Below are positions 44,420 to 53,274 of a stretch of 64,000 nucleotides of DNA, piece after piece. Numbering within the stretch: position 1 is the stretch's first letter; each line of letters begins with the position of its first letter. The notes under the pieces were generated by a model. The model was given only the letters and a program-made list of their open reading frames with translations. It ran no database searches and was not told where the DNA came from. The translations under genes and the position numbers were made by a program. This DNA is from Chroococcales cyanobacterium (GTDB lineage: Bacteria > Cyanobacteriota > Cyanobacteriia > Cyanobacteriales > Xenococcaceae): NCBI GenBank assembly GCA_038259125.1, contig JBBSPC010000001.1, positions 25,190-89,189 on the forward strand, in the 5' to 3' direction.

Positions 44420-45159
44420 GTAGAGTCGAGGGAGGTTATTAAACCTCGCCCCTCTCTGTTAGATCTGGGCGTGCGATTTTTACCGCACCCAGCTCCCGAT
44501 ATTCTTAGCTGTCGCTTTTGCTCATGTGTATGAATTGGTGACAAGATTGGTGTATTGCTACTAAATTCTTGTATTTCCAATTGTCATGGTTTCCATCTAT
44601 GTAATGTAGATGTACTCTCTCTTTTCCTATGAACTTTAATCCGCAGGAATTACATGAATGGTTTTGCCGTTTAAGGGCTTTAGAGGTGTAGCTGTCATAG
44701 AGTATGCTATTACGTTTGCTCCAGTAGGCTATATCTCCGTCATATGGTGATTTCTCTCCTTTGACATTGATATATTTGTTTTCGGAATAGGAAATTTTTG
44801 GAAATGCTGTATCTAGCAATTTTTTGCTAGTGTAGCGGTTCTGATTTTTTTCCTTATTAAACACCTTAAATGCGCGAGATTGAATGAAAACAAGAGAGTT
44901 CCTTGGTCAGGAAAACCTATATTTGTTCCAGCGAAAGCTCGGTAATGGATTATCAACTTGAAGGACAGTTAAGTCTTTTCGCGATAAACCAGCACTAGGT
45001 CTAAAGCTTTGCACCTTCAGGTCGGAGTGAAGTTACGGAAATTTATCTTCAACACATCTCTACTTTTATAATGCCCTAATTAACGATTCAGTATCGATTG
45101 AAACCGTGGCTTGAGACAAAGCAAGATTTGTCCCTATACATAACTAGTAAAGAACGCTT
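44420..45159 (-). mobile_element. Internally deleted group II intron (~740 bp)
   Basis: 34-nt domain V GAGCTGGGTGCGGTAAAAATCGCACGCCCAGATC (44495-44462), a domain VI hairpin ending ...GACTCTAC at 44420, and the maturase/HNH tail. The 5' boundary (AAGCG at 45159) is tentative. Confidence 0.85.
44505..44900 (-). pseudogene. C-terminal remnant of group II intron-encoded protein (DNA-binding/HNH); RT domain absent
   Basis: NSLVFIQSRAFKVFNKEK..VKGEKSPYDGD..CNSC..HLHYIDGNH..IHQSCH; an in-frame stop lies just upstream and there is no YADD motif. Confidence 0.85.
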
Positions 45160-45168
45160 GACTTTAAA

Positions 45169-45627
45169 TTAAGCAATATTAGGTGGAGTTTGTAGCTGTT
45201 CAATTTGGGTTTTGATTAAGTTTGCTAAATGCTCTCTTTTTATTTCCACTCCTTGATTAAGATCGCGAGAATTCTCCAGAAAAATCAGGCTATCTACCTG
45301 TTGTAAAGAGAATAGCCTAAATAATAGCTGAACAATGGAAATTGGTAGGGCAATTAGATCTGGGTTAGTTTTCCCCTGAAATGTAGCAGCATCCTGAACC
45401 GAAACAAAAGCATAAATCACCTGCTTTTCTTGAGATGTTTGGGGATTAGCAATAGTAGTTAAAACCCAATCCTCTTCAAGATTTTGCAGCACATAGTATT
45501 TAACATACTTTAACTGCTCGGCAAATAGTTTTAAAACAGGAGCGATCGCTTTTTCGGCGACAATAGCTGGCACACCAAAGTCAGGTGCTTCATTAATTAT
45601 TTCTGCTAACTGTTGTTCCAATTCCAT
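45169..45627 (-). CDS. Conserved cyanobacterial hypothetical protein
   Basis: 152-aa ORF co-oriented with the ABC-F gene (YYVLQNLEEDWVLTTIANP..VIYAF). Confidence 0.7.
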   Translation of the reverse strand: MELEQQLAEIINEAPDFGVPAIVAEKAIAPVLKLFAEQLKYVKYYVLQNLEEDWVLTTIANPQTSQEKQVIYAFVSVQDAATFQGKTNPDLIALPISIVQLLFRLFSLQQVDSLIFLENSRDLNQGVEIKREHLANLIKTQIEQLQTPPNIA

Positions 45628-45637
45628 TGCTTTTTAT

Positions 45638-47350
45638 TTATGCTTTGGCTTTTTTCTGTTTCTTTTTTGTAGCCTGCTTGGCTTGCTTTTCGGCTTTTTT
45701 AGCAGCCTTTTGAGCGACTTCTGCTTTTTGTCTAGCTTTTTCTTTCTCTTCGGCTATCCTATCTATATAGTAGTGATAATCTCCTCGGTAAATTATTAGT
45801 TCCCCATCACGAATTTCGACAATTTTGGTAGCAGCCTGAGAAATAAAATAGCGATCGTGAGAAACAATAACTACCGTACCGTCATAGTGCTGTAATGCTT
45901 CTTCGAGCATTTCTTTGGCAGGTATATCTAAATGGTTAGTCGGCTCATCTAAGATTAATAAGTTAGCAGGGGTCAAGAGCATTTTGGCTAAAGCCAAACG
46001 AGCTTTTTCTCCTCCGCTTAAAGCTGCGACTTTTTTAAAGGCGGTTTCCCCACTAAACAAAAACTGTCCTAACAAAGTCCGCACCTGTTCGTTTTTCCAG
46101 TCGGGAACTTCATCATGAATTGTGTTTATCACAGTTTTATCCATGTCTAAAGCTTCTGCTTGATTCTGCTCAAAATAGCCAGGAATGACGTTGTGCTTAC
46201 CAATTTCCACTTCTCCTTCGTCAAACTTTTCCATGCCCATAATCATGCGTAACAGAGTCGATTTTCCTGCACCGTTTGCACCTAAGATGGCAATGCGATC
46301 GCCTCTTTCTATAGTTAAATTTGCTCCCAAAAACAAAATATCGCTGTTGTAAGCATGAACTAAATCTTTAATCGTAATTACTTCCCTACCGCTTCTAGGA
46401 GAAGGAGGAAAACGGAATTTTAATCTCCTCAAGCCAGCAACAGGTGCTTCAACTAGTTCTACTTTATCTAACTGCTTTTCCCTACTTTTGGCTTGGGTAC
46501 TACGGGTAGCACTAGCTCGAAACTTTTCAATAAATTCCTGCTGCTTAGCCATTTCTTTTTGCTGTCGCTCGTAAGTTGCTCCTTGAGCTATCTGCGTCTC
46601 TGCTTTTTGCTGTAGATAAGCAGAATAATTACCTAAGTAAGTAGTAGAAATTCCTCGTTCTGTTTCCACAATTTTTGTACAAAGGCGATCAAGAAATTCG
46701 CGGTCATGGGATACAATCACCATCGGTGTATTGATCCCACGCAGGTAGTTTTCTAGCCACTCAATCGTTTCTAAATCTAAATGGTTTGTTGGCTCATCCA
46801 ACAGTAGCAGATCTGGCTCTTGCAGTAAGATTTTACCCAAACTCATGCGCATTTGCCAGCCACCACTGTAAGAGCTTACCAGGCGATCGCCATCTTCTGT
46901 GGTAAAGCCCATTTCGGGCAAAATCTTCTCTATTTGAGCATCTAAGGTATAACCGTCTAAAGCCTCAAATTTGCGCTGTAGCTTGTCTAGCCGATTGATT
47001 AGTTTATCCAACTCTTCAGGAGTGGCTTTTTCCATTTCCTGATGGATTTGGTTCATCTTTTGTTGAGTAGCATTGGCTTGGGTAAACACCGTCCAAAACT
47101 CTTCGTAAACTGTTCTTGTCGGCTCGACCTCAAACTCTTGAGTCAAATAAGCAATCTTAAGATTAGTTGGACGAACTACTTCCCCTGATGTAGCTTCAAT
47201 TTCTCCACTGATAATTTTTAGCTGAGTGGATTTTCCTGCACCATTGACTCCAACTAAACCAACTCTTTCTCCTGGTTTAACTTCCCAAGTGACATCTTTT
47301 AAAACTTCGCCCGTTGGGTAAATTTTGCTGATGTGTTCGAGTCGCAACAT
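45638..47350 (-). CDS. ABC-F family ATPase
   Basis: Two NBDs (GVNGAGKST, SGGWQ, LDEPTNHLD; GANGAGKST, LSGGE), no TM segments, Lys-rich tail. Confidence 0.93.
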   Translation of the reverse strand: MLRLEHISKIYPTGEVLKDVTWEVKPGERVGLVGVNGAGKSTQLKIISGEIEATSGEVVRPTNLKIAYLTQEFEVEPTRTVYEEFWTVFTQANATQQKMNQIHQEMEKATPEELDKLINRLDKLQRKFEALDGYTLDAQIEKILPEMGFTTEDGDRLVSSYSGGWQMRMSLGKILLQEPDLLLLDEPTNHLDLETIEWLENYLRGINTPMVIVSHDREFLDRLCTKIVETERGISTTYLGNYSAYLQQKAETQIAQGATYERQQKEMAKQQEFIEKFRASATRSTQAKSREKQLDKVELVEAPVAGLRRLKFRFPPSPRSGREVITIKDLVHAYNSDILFLGANLTIERGDRIAILGANGAGKSTLLRMIMGMEKFDEGEVEIGKHNVIPGYFEQNQAEALDMDKTVINTIHDEVPDWKNEQVRTLLGQFLFSGETAFKKVAALSGGEKARLALAKMLLTPANLLILDEPTNHLDIPAKEMLEEALQHYDGTVVIVSHDRYFISQAATKIVEIRDGELIIYRGDYHYYIDRIAEEKEKARQKAEVAQKAAKKAEKQAKQATKKKQKKAKA

Positions 47351-47813
47351 ACACTATCTCCTATAAGTTTGAAATGCACTGGAAAAAATATTTTGTTTTG
47401 TTTACTTTTATTGCATTTTCTATACAAGTTATATTATATGATTAATAAATCAAAATGCGCTCATGTATTTTTTGGATATTTAAGTATTGCAGTTGGATGA
47501 AGTTTCTCTTTACAAATAATTAGCTATGACAAATATATAGTAATTTTCAGTAACATTTGGTAAACTATTTCATCACCAAAAAACTAATGTGCATGGATAT
47601 ATGCCTATGCATATTAGTTAAGCAGTTCATGCTTAAGCTCTAAATATCAAAAGTCCTAAATACCCTATATTAGGCAATTCGCGCAATTTATTCTTTAACT
47701 ATATTTTTCAGCTTTATTTACAGTGCTGTCTTTATAGCAATTTGTAATGGATCGTTTTAAAAACAGGCTTAAGAAAACACTTGTTCAATTTATCTATTTA
47801 AAATTTTATCATC

Positions 47814-48647
47814 ATGACTACAGTTCTAATAGTTGACGATTTAAGCAGTATAAGAGAGTTTTTAAAAATCAATTTATCTAGCGAACCAGACATAGAAATA
47901 ATTGGTTCAGCAGATAATGGTCAAAGTGCGATCGCACAAGTAGGAGAACATCAGCCTGATATCGTGTTAATGGATATCGAAATGCCAGGCAAAATAGACG
48001 GCATAGCCGCAACCAAGACAATTTCTAGTCGGTTTCCTGAGAGTAAAGTGCTGTTGTTAACTAGTCAAGATGATCGGCAACAGTTGAACTTAGCACTTCA
48101 GGCAGGTGCTAGGGGTTATATTTTAAAAAATAGTAGCGTTAAAGACATTGCAACTATTATCCGCCTAACTGAGAAAGGCTTCTTCCAAATTGGACCAATC
48201 CTCGGTAATTGGGATAGTTCTGAACATCACAGTTTGCAGTTAGATACACATATCTTAGAGCCTCAAAAAATCCCCAGCAAAGTTGGAGTACTAGCCGAGA
48301 ATAATGGTGCTTACTCAGCTGAGTCAGCTGATACATCGGAAATGAACCATGTTCTATCTAATCTAACTTCAGGTTTATTTCGACTACAGGAAACGATCAG
48401 ATCTCAAGAAGATACTATTATTAACCTGACTAATCAATATTCGCAAGTTCAACAAGAAATTAAAGTAAAGCTGAAAAAAGACAAGCATATCATTAGCAGT
48501 GGCAGGTTTAATAGCTATCGCTATGGTTTGATGCCTAGATTCGCCAGTCAAAGACGACAACACTTTTTGTTTATTGCTAGCTTTTTATTAGGAGTTTTCA
48601 CAGTATTAATTATGATGTTATTGATCGTGACTCTTGGTAGCGTTTAA
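47814..48647 (+). CDS. Response regulator: REC domain, coiled coil and C-terminal TM helix
   Basis: VLIVDD, LMDIEMP, GARGYILK; terminal hydrophobic FLFIASFLLGVFTVLIMMLLIVTLG. Confidence 0.8.
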   Translation: MTTVLIVDDLSSIREFLKINLSSEPDIEIIGSADNGQSAIAQVGEHQPDIVLMDIEMPGKIDGIAATKTISSRFPESKVLLLTSQDDRQQLNLALQAGARGYILKNSSVKDIATIIRLTEKGFFQIGPILGNWDSSEHHSLQLDTHILEPQKIPSKVGVLAENNGAYSAESADTSEMNHVLSNLTSGLFRLQETIRSQEDTIINLTNQYSQVQQEIKVKLKKDKHIISSGRFNSYRYGLMPRFASQRRQHFLFIASFLLGVFTVLIMMLLIVTLGSV

Positions 48648-48658
48648 GCTAATAAACA

Positions 48659-49114
48659 TCAGTTATTATGCTTGTTTTGCATAGCAGTCTCTCCAATCAA
48701 ATTTGATTCGCGTCCACCAAAGATTACTGATGAATCGCTATAGTATTTAAATTCAAGTAAATTGTGAAAAGGATCTTCGAGAAAAAAACTATAGTGTTCT
48801 AATAATTGACCAGGAAAACGTAGTTTTGGCTGTTCGTAAAATGTAAGCTGCTTTTCGGTAGCGCGATCGCAAATTGTTTGCCAATCTAGTTTAGTAGGCA
48901 GGATCAATCCTAAATGTCGGGGGTAAATCCCTAATTGTCTGTTTAGTTTCTTGTGAGAGATATGACCAACCAGTTGAGTTCCGTAAAAGTTAAAAATAAC
49001 GGCTGCTTTGTTCTCTCTACCTACCTCACAGCCTAAACTTAGTCCATAAAATTGTTTTGCCTCAGTAATATTGTTAATCGGTATAGCCAAATGAAAAATA
49101 GGCGCGTTAATCAT
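48659..49114 (-). CDS. VOC/glyoxalase family protein
   Basis: FHLAIPI..FYG..LGCEVGR..PRHLG..FFLEDPFHNLLEFK. Confidence 0.88.
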   Translation of the reverse strand: MINAPIFHLAIPINNITEAKQFYGLSLGCEVGRENKAAVIFNFYGTQLVGHISHKKLNRQLGIYPRHLGLILPTKLDWQTICDRATEKQLTFYEQPKLRFPGQLLEHYSFFLEDPFHNLLEFKYYSDSSVIFGGRESNLIGETAMQNKHNN

Positions 49115-49294
49115 AGCAACATAAGGGGTATAACACTTATATTTTATCTAGATTTGAGTTTTAAAACTTGAAAATGTAAAAAATGTGAGTCGATTGAGTT
49201 TAGATAAACTCCTCTATCCCATTTAGACATTCTCTAAGCGCATTAAGGTAGTATATTGTGGGGTATAAAAACAGATTAAAGACTATAAACAATT

Positions 49295-49828
49295 ATGAAT
49301 CAACGTGGAGTGGCCGTCTGGTTTACAGGATTTAGTGGTGCAGGCAAAAGTACTATTGCTGATGCACTTACTAATAAACTAAAATCTCAGGGGTGTCAGC
49401 TTGAGGTTCTAGATGGCGACGAAATTAGAGAAAACTTGACCAAAGACTTAGGCTTTTCCAAGGAAGACAGAGATACCAACATTCGTAGAATTGGATTTGT
49501 TGCCAAACTCTTAGCTCGAAATGGAGTCATTGTTTTAGTTCCTGTAATTTCTCCGTATCGCGCTATTAGAGAAGAAATGCGGGCAAATATTGGTAGCTTT
49601 ATAGAGGTATTTGTGAATGCTCCTCTTTCTGTTTGCGAAGATCGGGATGTAAAAGGACTTTATAAGAAAGTCCGAGCAGGACAAATAAAACAATTTACTG
49701 GTATTGATGATCCTTACGAACCACCAACGAACCCTGAAGTAGAGTGTCGTACCGATTTAGAAGAAATATCCCAAAGCGTAGACAAAATAATTAGTAAACT
49801 AAAAGAATCGGGCTATCTCTTGGGGTAA
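49295..49828 (+). CDS. cysC: Adenylyl-sulfate kinase
   Basis: WFTGFSGAGKST, LDGDEIRENL, RDVKGLYKK, FTGIDDPYE.P. Confidence 0.96.
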   Translation: MNQRGVAVWFTGFSGAGKSTIADALTNKLKSQGCQLEVLDGDEIRENLTKDLGFSKEDRDTNIRRIGFVAKLLARNGVIVLVPVISPYRAIREEMRANIGSFIEVFVNAPLSVCEDRDVKGLYKKVRAGQIKQFTGIDDPYEPPTNPEVECRTDLEEISQSVDKIISKLKESGYLLG

Positions 49829-49829
49829 G

Positions 49830-49857
49830 TAACAAAGCGCTAATCGGCGTTTTGTTA
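49830..49857 (+). terminator. Probable terminator hairpin after cysC
   Basis: TAACAAAGCGC-TAATCG-GCGTTTTGTTA. Confidence 0.55.
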
Positions 49858-50112
49858 GCTGAATTATCATAATTTTAACTCTGAAAAACAGGATAAATAT
49901 CGATAATTGCTGTATTTAGCGATCGCATCTCGGACACATTTGGGGATGGAGAAGGTTTAACTACGTAACAACCACTTCCAATCATTATATATGCTTTATT
50001 TGTTATAGGTATAGGTTAAATACAGCTATTTTTATACCGTGATCATTAAGCTAACAAAAAATTTAATCTCTGACCGTTAATAAAAAAATGCAGTTTTACA
50101 GCTAAATTTACT

Positions 50113-50499
50113 ATGAGAGAGATTGTGTCTAATGCTTCAGATTTGCTTTTTAAAACAAATCAAATCATCTGCTTAGAATATCAGCATAATTGCCTTTATG
50201 GAGAAGTAATTCAGTTAATACCTGAGCGCAAATTATGCTGGTTTAGACCAATGTGCCTAGTTCAACTAAGCTGTAAACACAGCCAAGCAACGGACGTTAA
50301 CCAAATAATTGATTTACAGTCTGGATCTGATTTGCTGTGGCCGATGAATTTATTCAGACCTGCTTTAGATACTGAAGTTATTTCTTTACTGGGTAGGTTA
50401 AAGGATCTGGATGAAACATTAATGCCTAAAGCATCGAGTCGCCAGTACTTGAATAAATTTGTGCGACAAGTTTGGCAAGCCAATAAAGATAAGTTTTAA
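50113..50499 (+). CDS. Conserved cyanobacterial hypothetical protein
   Basis: QIICLEY..LYGEVIQ..CWFRP..DLLWP..LFRPALDTEVI. Confidence 0.7.
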   Translation: MREIVSNASDLLFKTNQIICLEYQHNCLYGEVIQLIPERKLCWFRPMCLVQLSCKHSQATDVNQIIDLQSGSDLLWPMNLFRPALDTEVISLLGRLKDLDETLMPKASSRQYLNKFVRQVWQANKDKF

Positions 50500-51016
50500 A
50501 GTATGAAAAATTATCTTATTGTTATTATTGTTGGTTAACAAATCATATATCCAGAATGTTCTTCGAGTTCTTTACATTTATGCTTTAGCCTTGTATTCAC
50601 TAGGAAAGAGCAGATATGTTTACAAGAAAACTAAAATTTTGTAAATTTTAATACCAACTTTCGACAAAAACTAAATCATAATAATTTATACCAATTAATA
50701 ACAGCAGTTCAGGTTATGTAAAGTTAAGGTGAAAATTCAGTGATTACCACGGCATGAAACCGCTAAAAATCGATTATAAATGTAGGGTGTTTCTCATAGC
50801 AAAAGCAGACTTAAGCTGATAAACTTAATCTCAAGTCTTTATAAGTGAATAGGTTCAATATGTTTAGCCAGTATTTAGCCTCCCTGTAATCATATTTTTA
50901 GTACTTCATCTTCTTATCAAGATTCTGTAAAGTAGATTGAATCCGTAAAGTTACGGATTATTGTTAAGACACAGAACTATTTTTTAAAGTAATATCTAAA
51001 GCGGAAAGCAATAAAG

Positions 51017-51355
51017 ATGAGCAGCACAAAGTTACGAACAGAATTCACCACTTTTAGACCAGAAGGTTTTTTGAGTGCAGCCAATGCCTCAGAATTTTTA
51101 GAGAAGTTAACTGCAGAAATCAAATCTTCTGTAAACTCTGCTCTACTTGTAAATATGGAAGCAGTAGAGTTTATGGATAGCGCAGGATTGATGGTCTTAA
51201 TCAAAGCTTTTCGCCTAGCTCAAAGCCTAGGGTATAGGTTTGGAATTTGTTCTCTTGCTCCTTCTGTACGCATAATGTTTGAGCTTACCCAATTGGATAA
51301 AGCTTTTGAAATATTCGAGAATCAAGATGCGTTTCAAGGAGCAATCGCTCAGTAG
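51017..51355 (+). CDS. STAS-domain anti-sigma factor antagonist
   Basis: VNMEAVEFMDSAGL (phosphorylatable Ser) and VRIMFELTQLD. Confidence 0.92.
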   Translation: MSSTKLRTEFTTFRPEGFLSAANASEFLEKLTAEIKSSVNSALLVNMEAVEFMDSAGLMVLIKAFRLAQSLGYRFGICSLAPSVRIMFELTQLDKAFEIFENQDAFQGAIAQ

Positions 51356-51509
51356 CCTTTACTAGGTTGATCTATTAAAACGCTATTAGCGAAAAGGAAG
51401 TTAAAAAGGCAGTGAAGACTTGGCTTTTTTAGCTTTAATTATTTTTATAGCTATTCATTGCCTGGAGCATTTGTAATTTAACATTATTATTTGGGATTAT
51501 TAATCTACT

Positions 51510-51878
51510 CTAGCCAAAGCGACTAGTAACTCTTCCCATTAGGTTTTTGTAATTTACTGCACCCCAATGACGGCTATCTGTACTGGCTGCAAGATTATCG
51601 CCAATTAGAAAGCAGTTGCCATCATTGTCAATAGCTGTAACTCTTTTGATTATGGTTAATTCTGAATATAAAGGATGAGTTGTAACTACAACATCATTAA
51701 TTTTGGGCAAAGTTTTGTGATAAGAATAGGGATTGACAAGGATTTCTTCACCTGGCTGTAACAAAGGCAGCATTGATTTTCCAGTAACTTTTAAGCGTTT
51801 TCTTTGACGTAAGAGCCACCATAGGAATTCACAATAGTCAGCCTTTGGTAGGATGGGTGTCATTTTTTTGATTGTCAA
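51510..51878 (-). CDS. sodX: Nickel-type SOD maturation protease (S26 family)
   Basis: VTGKSMLPLL (Ser), IIKRV (Lys), GDN..STDSRHWG. Confidence 0.8.
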   Translation of the reverse strand: MTIKKMTPILPKADYCEFLWWLLRQRKRLKVTGKSMLPLLQPGEEILVNPYSYHKTLPKINDVVVTTHPLYSELTIIKRVTAIDNDGNCFLIGDNLAASTDSRHWGAVNYKNLMGRVTSRFG

Positions 51879-51902
51879 TCAATAGAAATAATTGCTTGGT
51901 AT

Positions 51903-52063
51903 CCCTCTTTTGTTACTTTCCGAGATAGATCTTTACAGTGAGAGGATTACAGCCATTTTAAAATTTTAGTTTTTATTGTTAAAAAAAAATAAGCAATTCT
52001 TTTCTCTATAAAGGCTCTAGAATTTAGAAATGACGAAAGTTTTCGGAGTTTGACATAAGAGGG
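51903..52063. mobile_element. MITE-like element, copy 2 (161 bp)
   Basis: Same orientation and near identity to 1939-2100. The TIRs are slightly decayed (CCCTCTTTTGTTA / TGACATAAGAGGG) and the flanks are GTAT / TTAT. Confidence 0.85.
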
Positions 52064-52188
52064 TTATAAGAGACCGATGAATAGACAAATACCTCTAAAA
52101 CATTCAGGCTAAGTAATTCGTTCACATTCAGGTTTTACATTTAATTAAGCCTAGTTACTTAGTTACAAGCGTTCTAAACCACAGTTTT

Positions 52189-53190
52189 TTAAGAATAGCC
52201 TAGTGCAGTCATAGTTTGTTCAAACAGAGGAGTTATTTCAGATGGCAAAGCAAAAACTTGATTATTTTGTCTGCTAGTAAAAGTTTTACTCGCATAATCA
52301 AACATTTTGTCATCATGGGGCAGCTCACAAAAATCCAGTAATTTCTCTAGAACATTTTTGGGTCGGGCAACTAATTCTTCGTATTTAAGCAAATAAACAC
52401 ACTCTGAAAATTGCTCCATTAACTTTAAACCTTCTTGCATCGTTAAAATCCATTCAACTGTTGCCATATCGATATGGTTAGAATAGCCTTTGATTGCCAC
52501 TATGTTATTCTGTAAAGCTAAATTGTTAGCGGCTATTTGTTCTATCAATAGATGCCATTTGCGATTATTGAGCCCCCACCAATCATGAGTGTCATCTTTG
52601 ACATTAGAACCAAGACGTTTTGACCATCCATCTATTGATAGACAAGTATCCCAACCATTACGAACTAAAAAGATAAATTTAGCATCGGGAAAAATTTGTC
52701 GTACAAAAGGTACCCGAAAAATGAGTTCTGGATACTTATCTACTAATCTAGAGGAAGCAACAGCAGTTAGATAGGTACCAAATAAACGATGTGCTGTATG
52801 TGTAGCTAAATCGTTTGCATCACCTGTTTCTAGACGATAGCGAGTATCTCCTTGACTATAACTACCGATCAAATCTTCTTTTGGATAAATTGCATGCCAA
52901 AGTGCTTTTGGTTCGTTAAGAAAGCCTACTTGCTTGTGTAAGGATAAAACTACTCCCAAAATAGTAGTACCGCTGCGCCCCGTGCCAATTATAAAAATAG
53001 GTTTTTCAACTTTTTTAAGCTGTGGTAAACCTTGTGCGATTGCAAAAAACTTAAAAATTAAAGGGTTAATCCATTGACCTTTAGTAGTTAAAGGTCTACC
53101 TTCAAAAATAGCATAGCTAATTAGACGAGATAAGGCTTTTGTGGGTCTTGTTTTTATATATAAATTATCAAGTTGAGCAACCATTCTCAA
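52189..53190 (-). CDS. Sulfotransferase family protein
   Basis: 5'-PSB loop IGTGRSGTT, LVDK.P, FLVRNGWD..S, LKYEELV. Confidence 0.88.
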   Translation of the reverse strand: MRMVAQLDNLYIKTRPTKALSRLISYAIFEGRPLTTKGQWINPLIFKFFAIAQGLPQLKKVEKPIFIIGTGRSGTTILGVVLSLHKQVGFLNEPKALWHAIYPKEDLIGSYSQGDTRYRLETGDANDLATHTAHRLFGTYLTAVASSRLVDKYPELIFRVPFVRQIFPDAKFIFLVRNGWDTCLSIDGWSKRLGSNVKDDTHDWWGLNNRKWHLLIEQIAANNLALQNNIVAIKGYSNHIDMATVEWILTMQEGLKLMEQFSECVYLLKYEELVARPKNVLEKLLDFCELPHDDKMFDYASKTFTSRQNNQVFALPSEITPLFEQTMTALGYS

Positions 53191-53274
53191 GACTAATTGT
53201 TAAATTCTTTCTATAATACCATACTCCTTGATTGCAACAATGTCTGTTCGAGAAAACAATTAAGTTTTAATTTT

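Noticed and set aside
44392-44580. 62-aa ORF in the track
   Set aside because: It simply reads through intron domains V and VI; no independent coding evidence.
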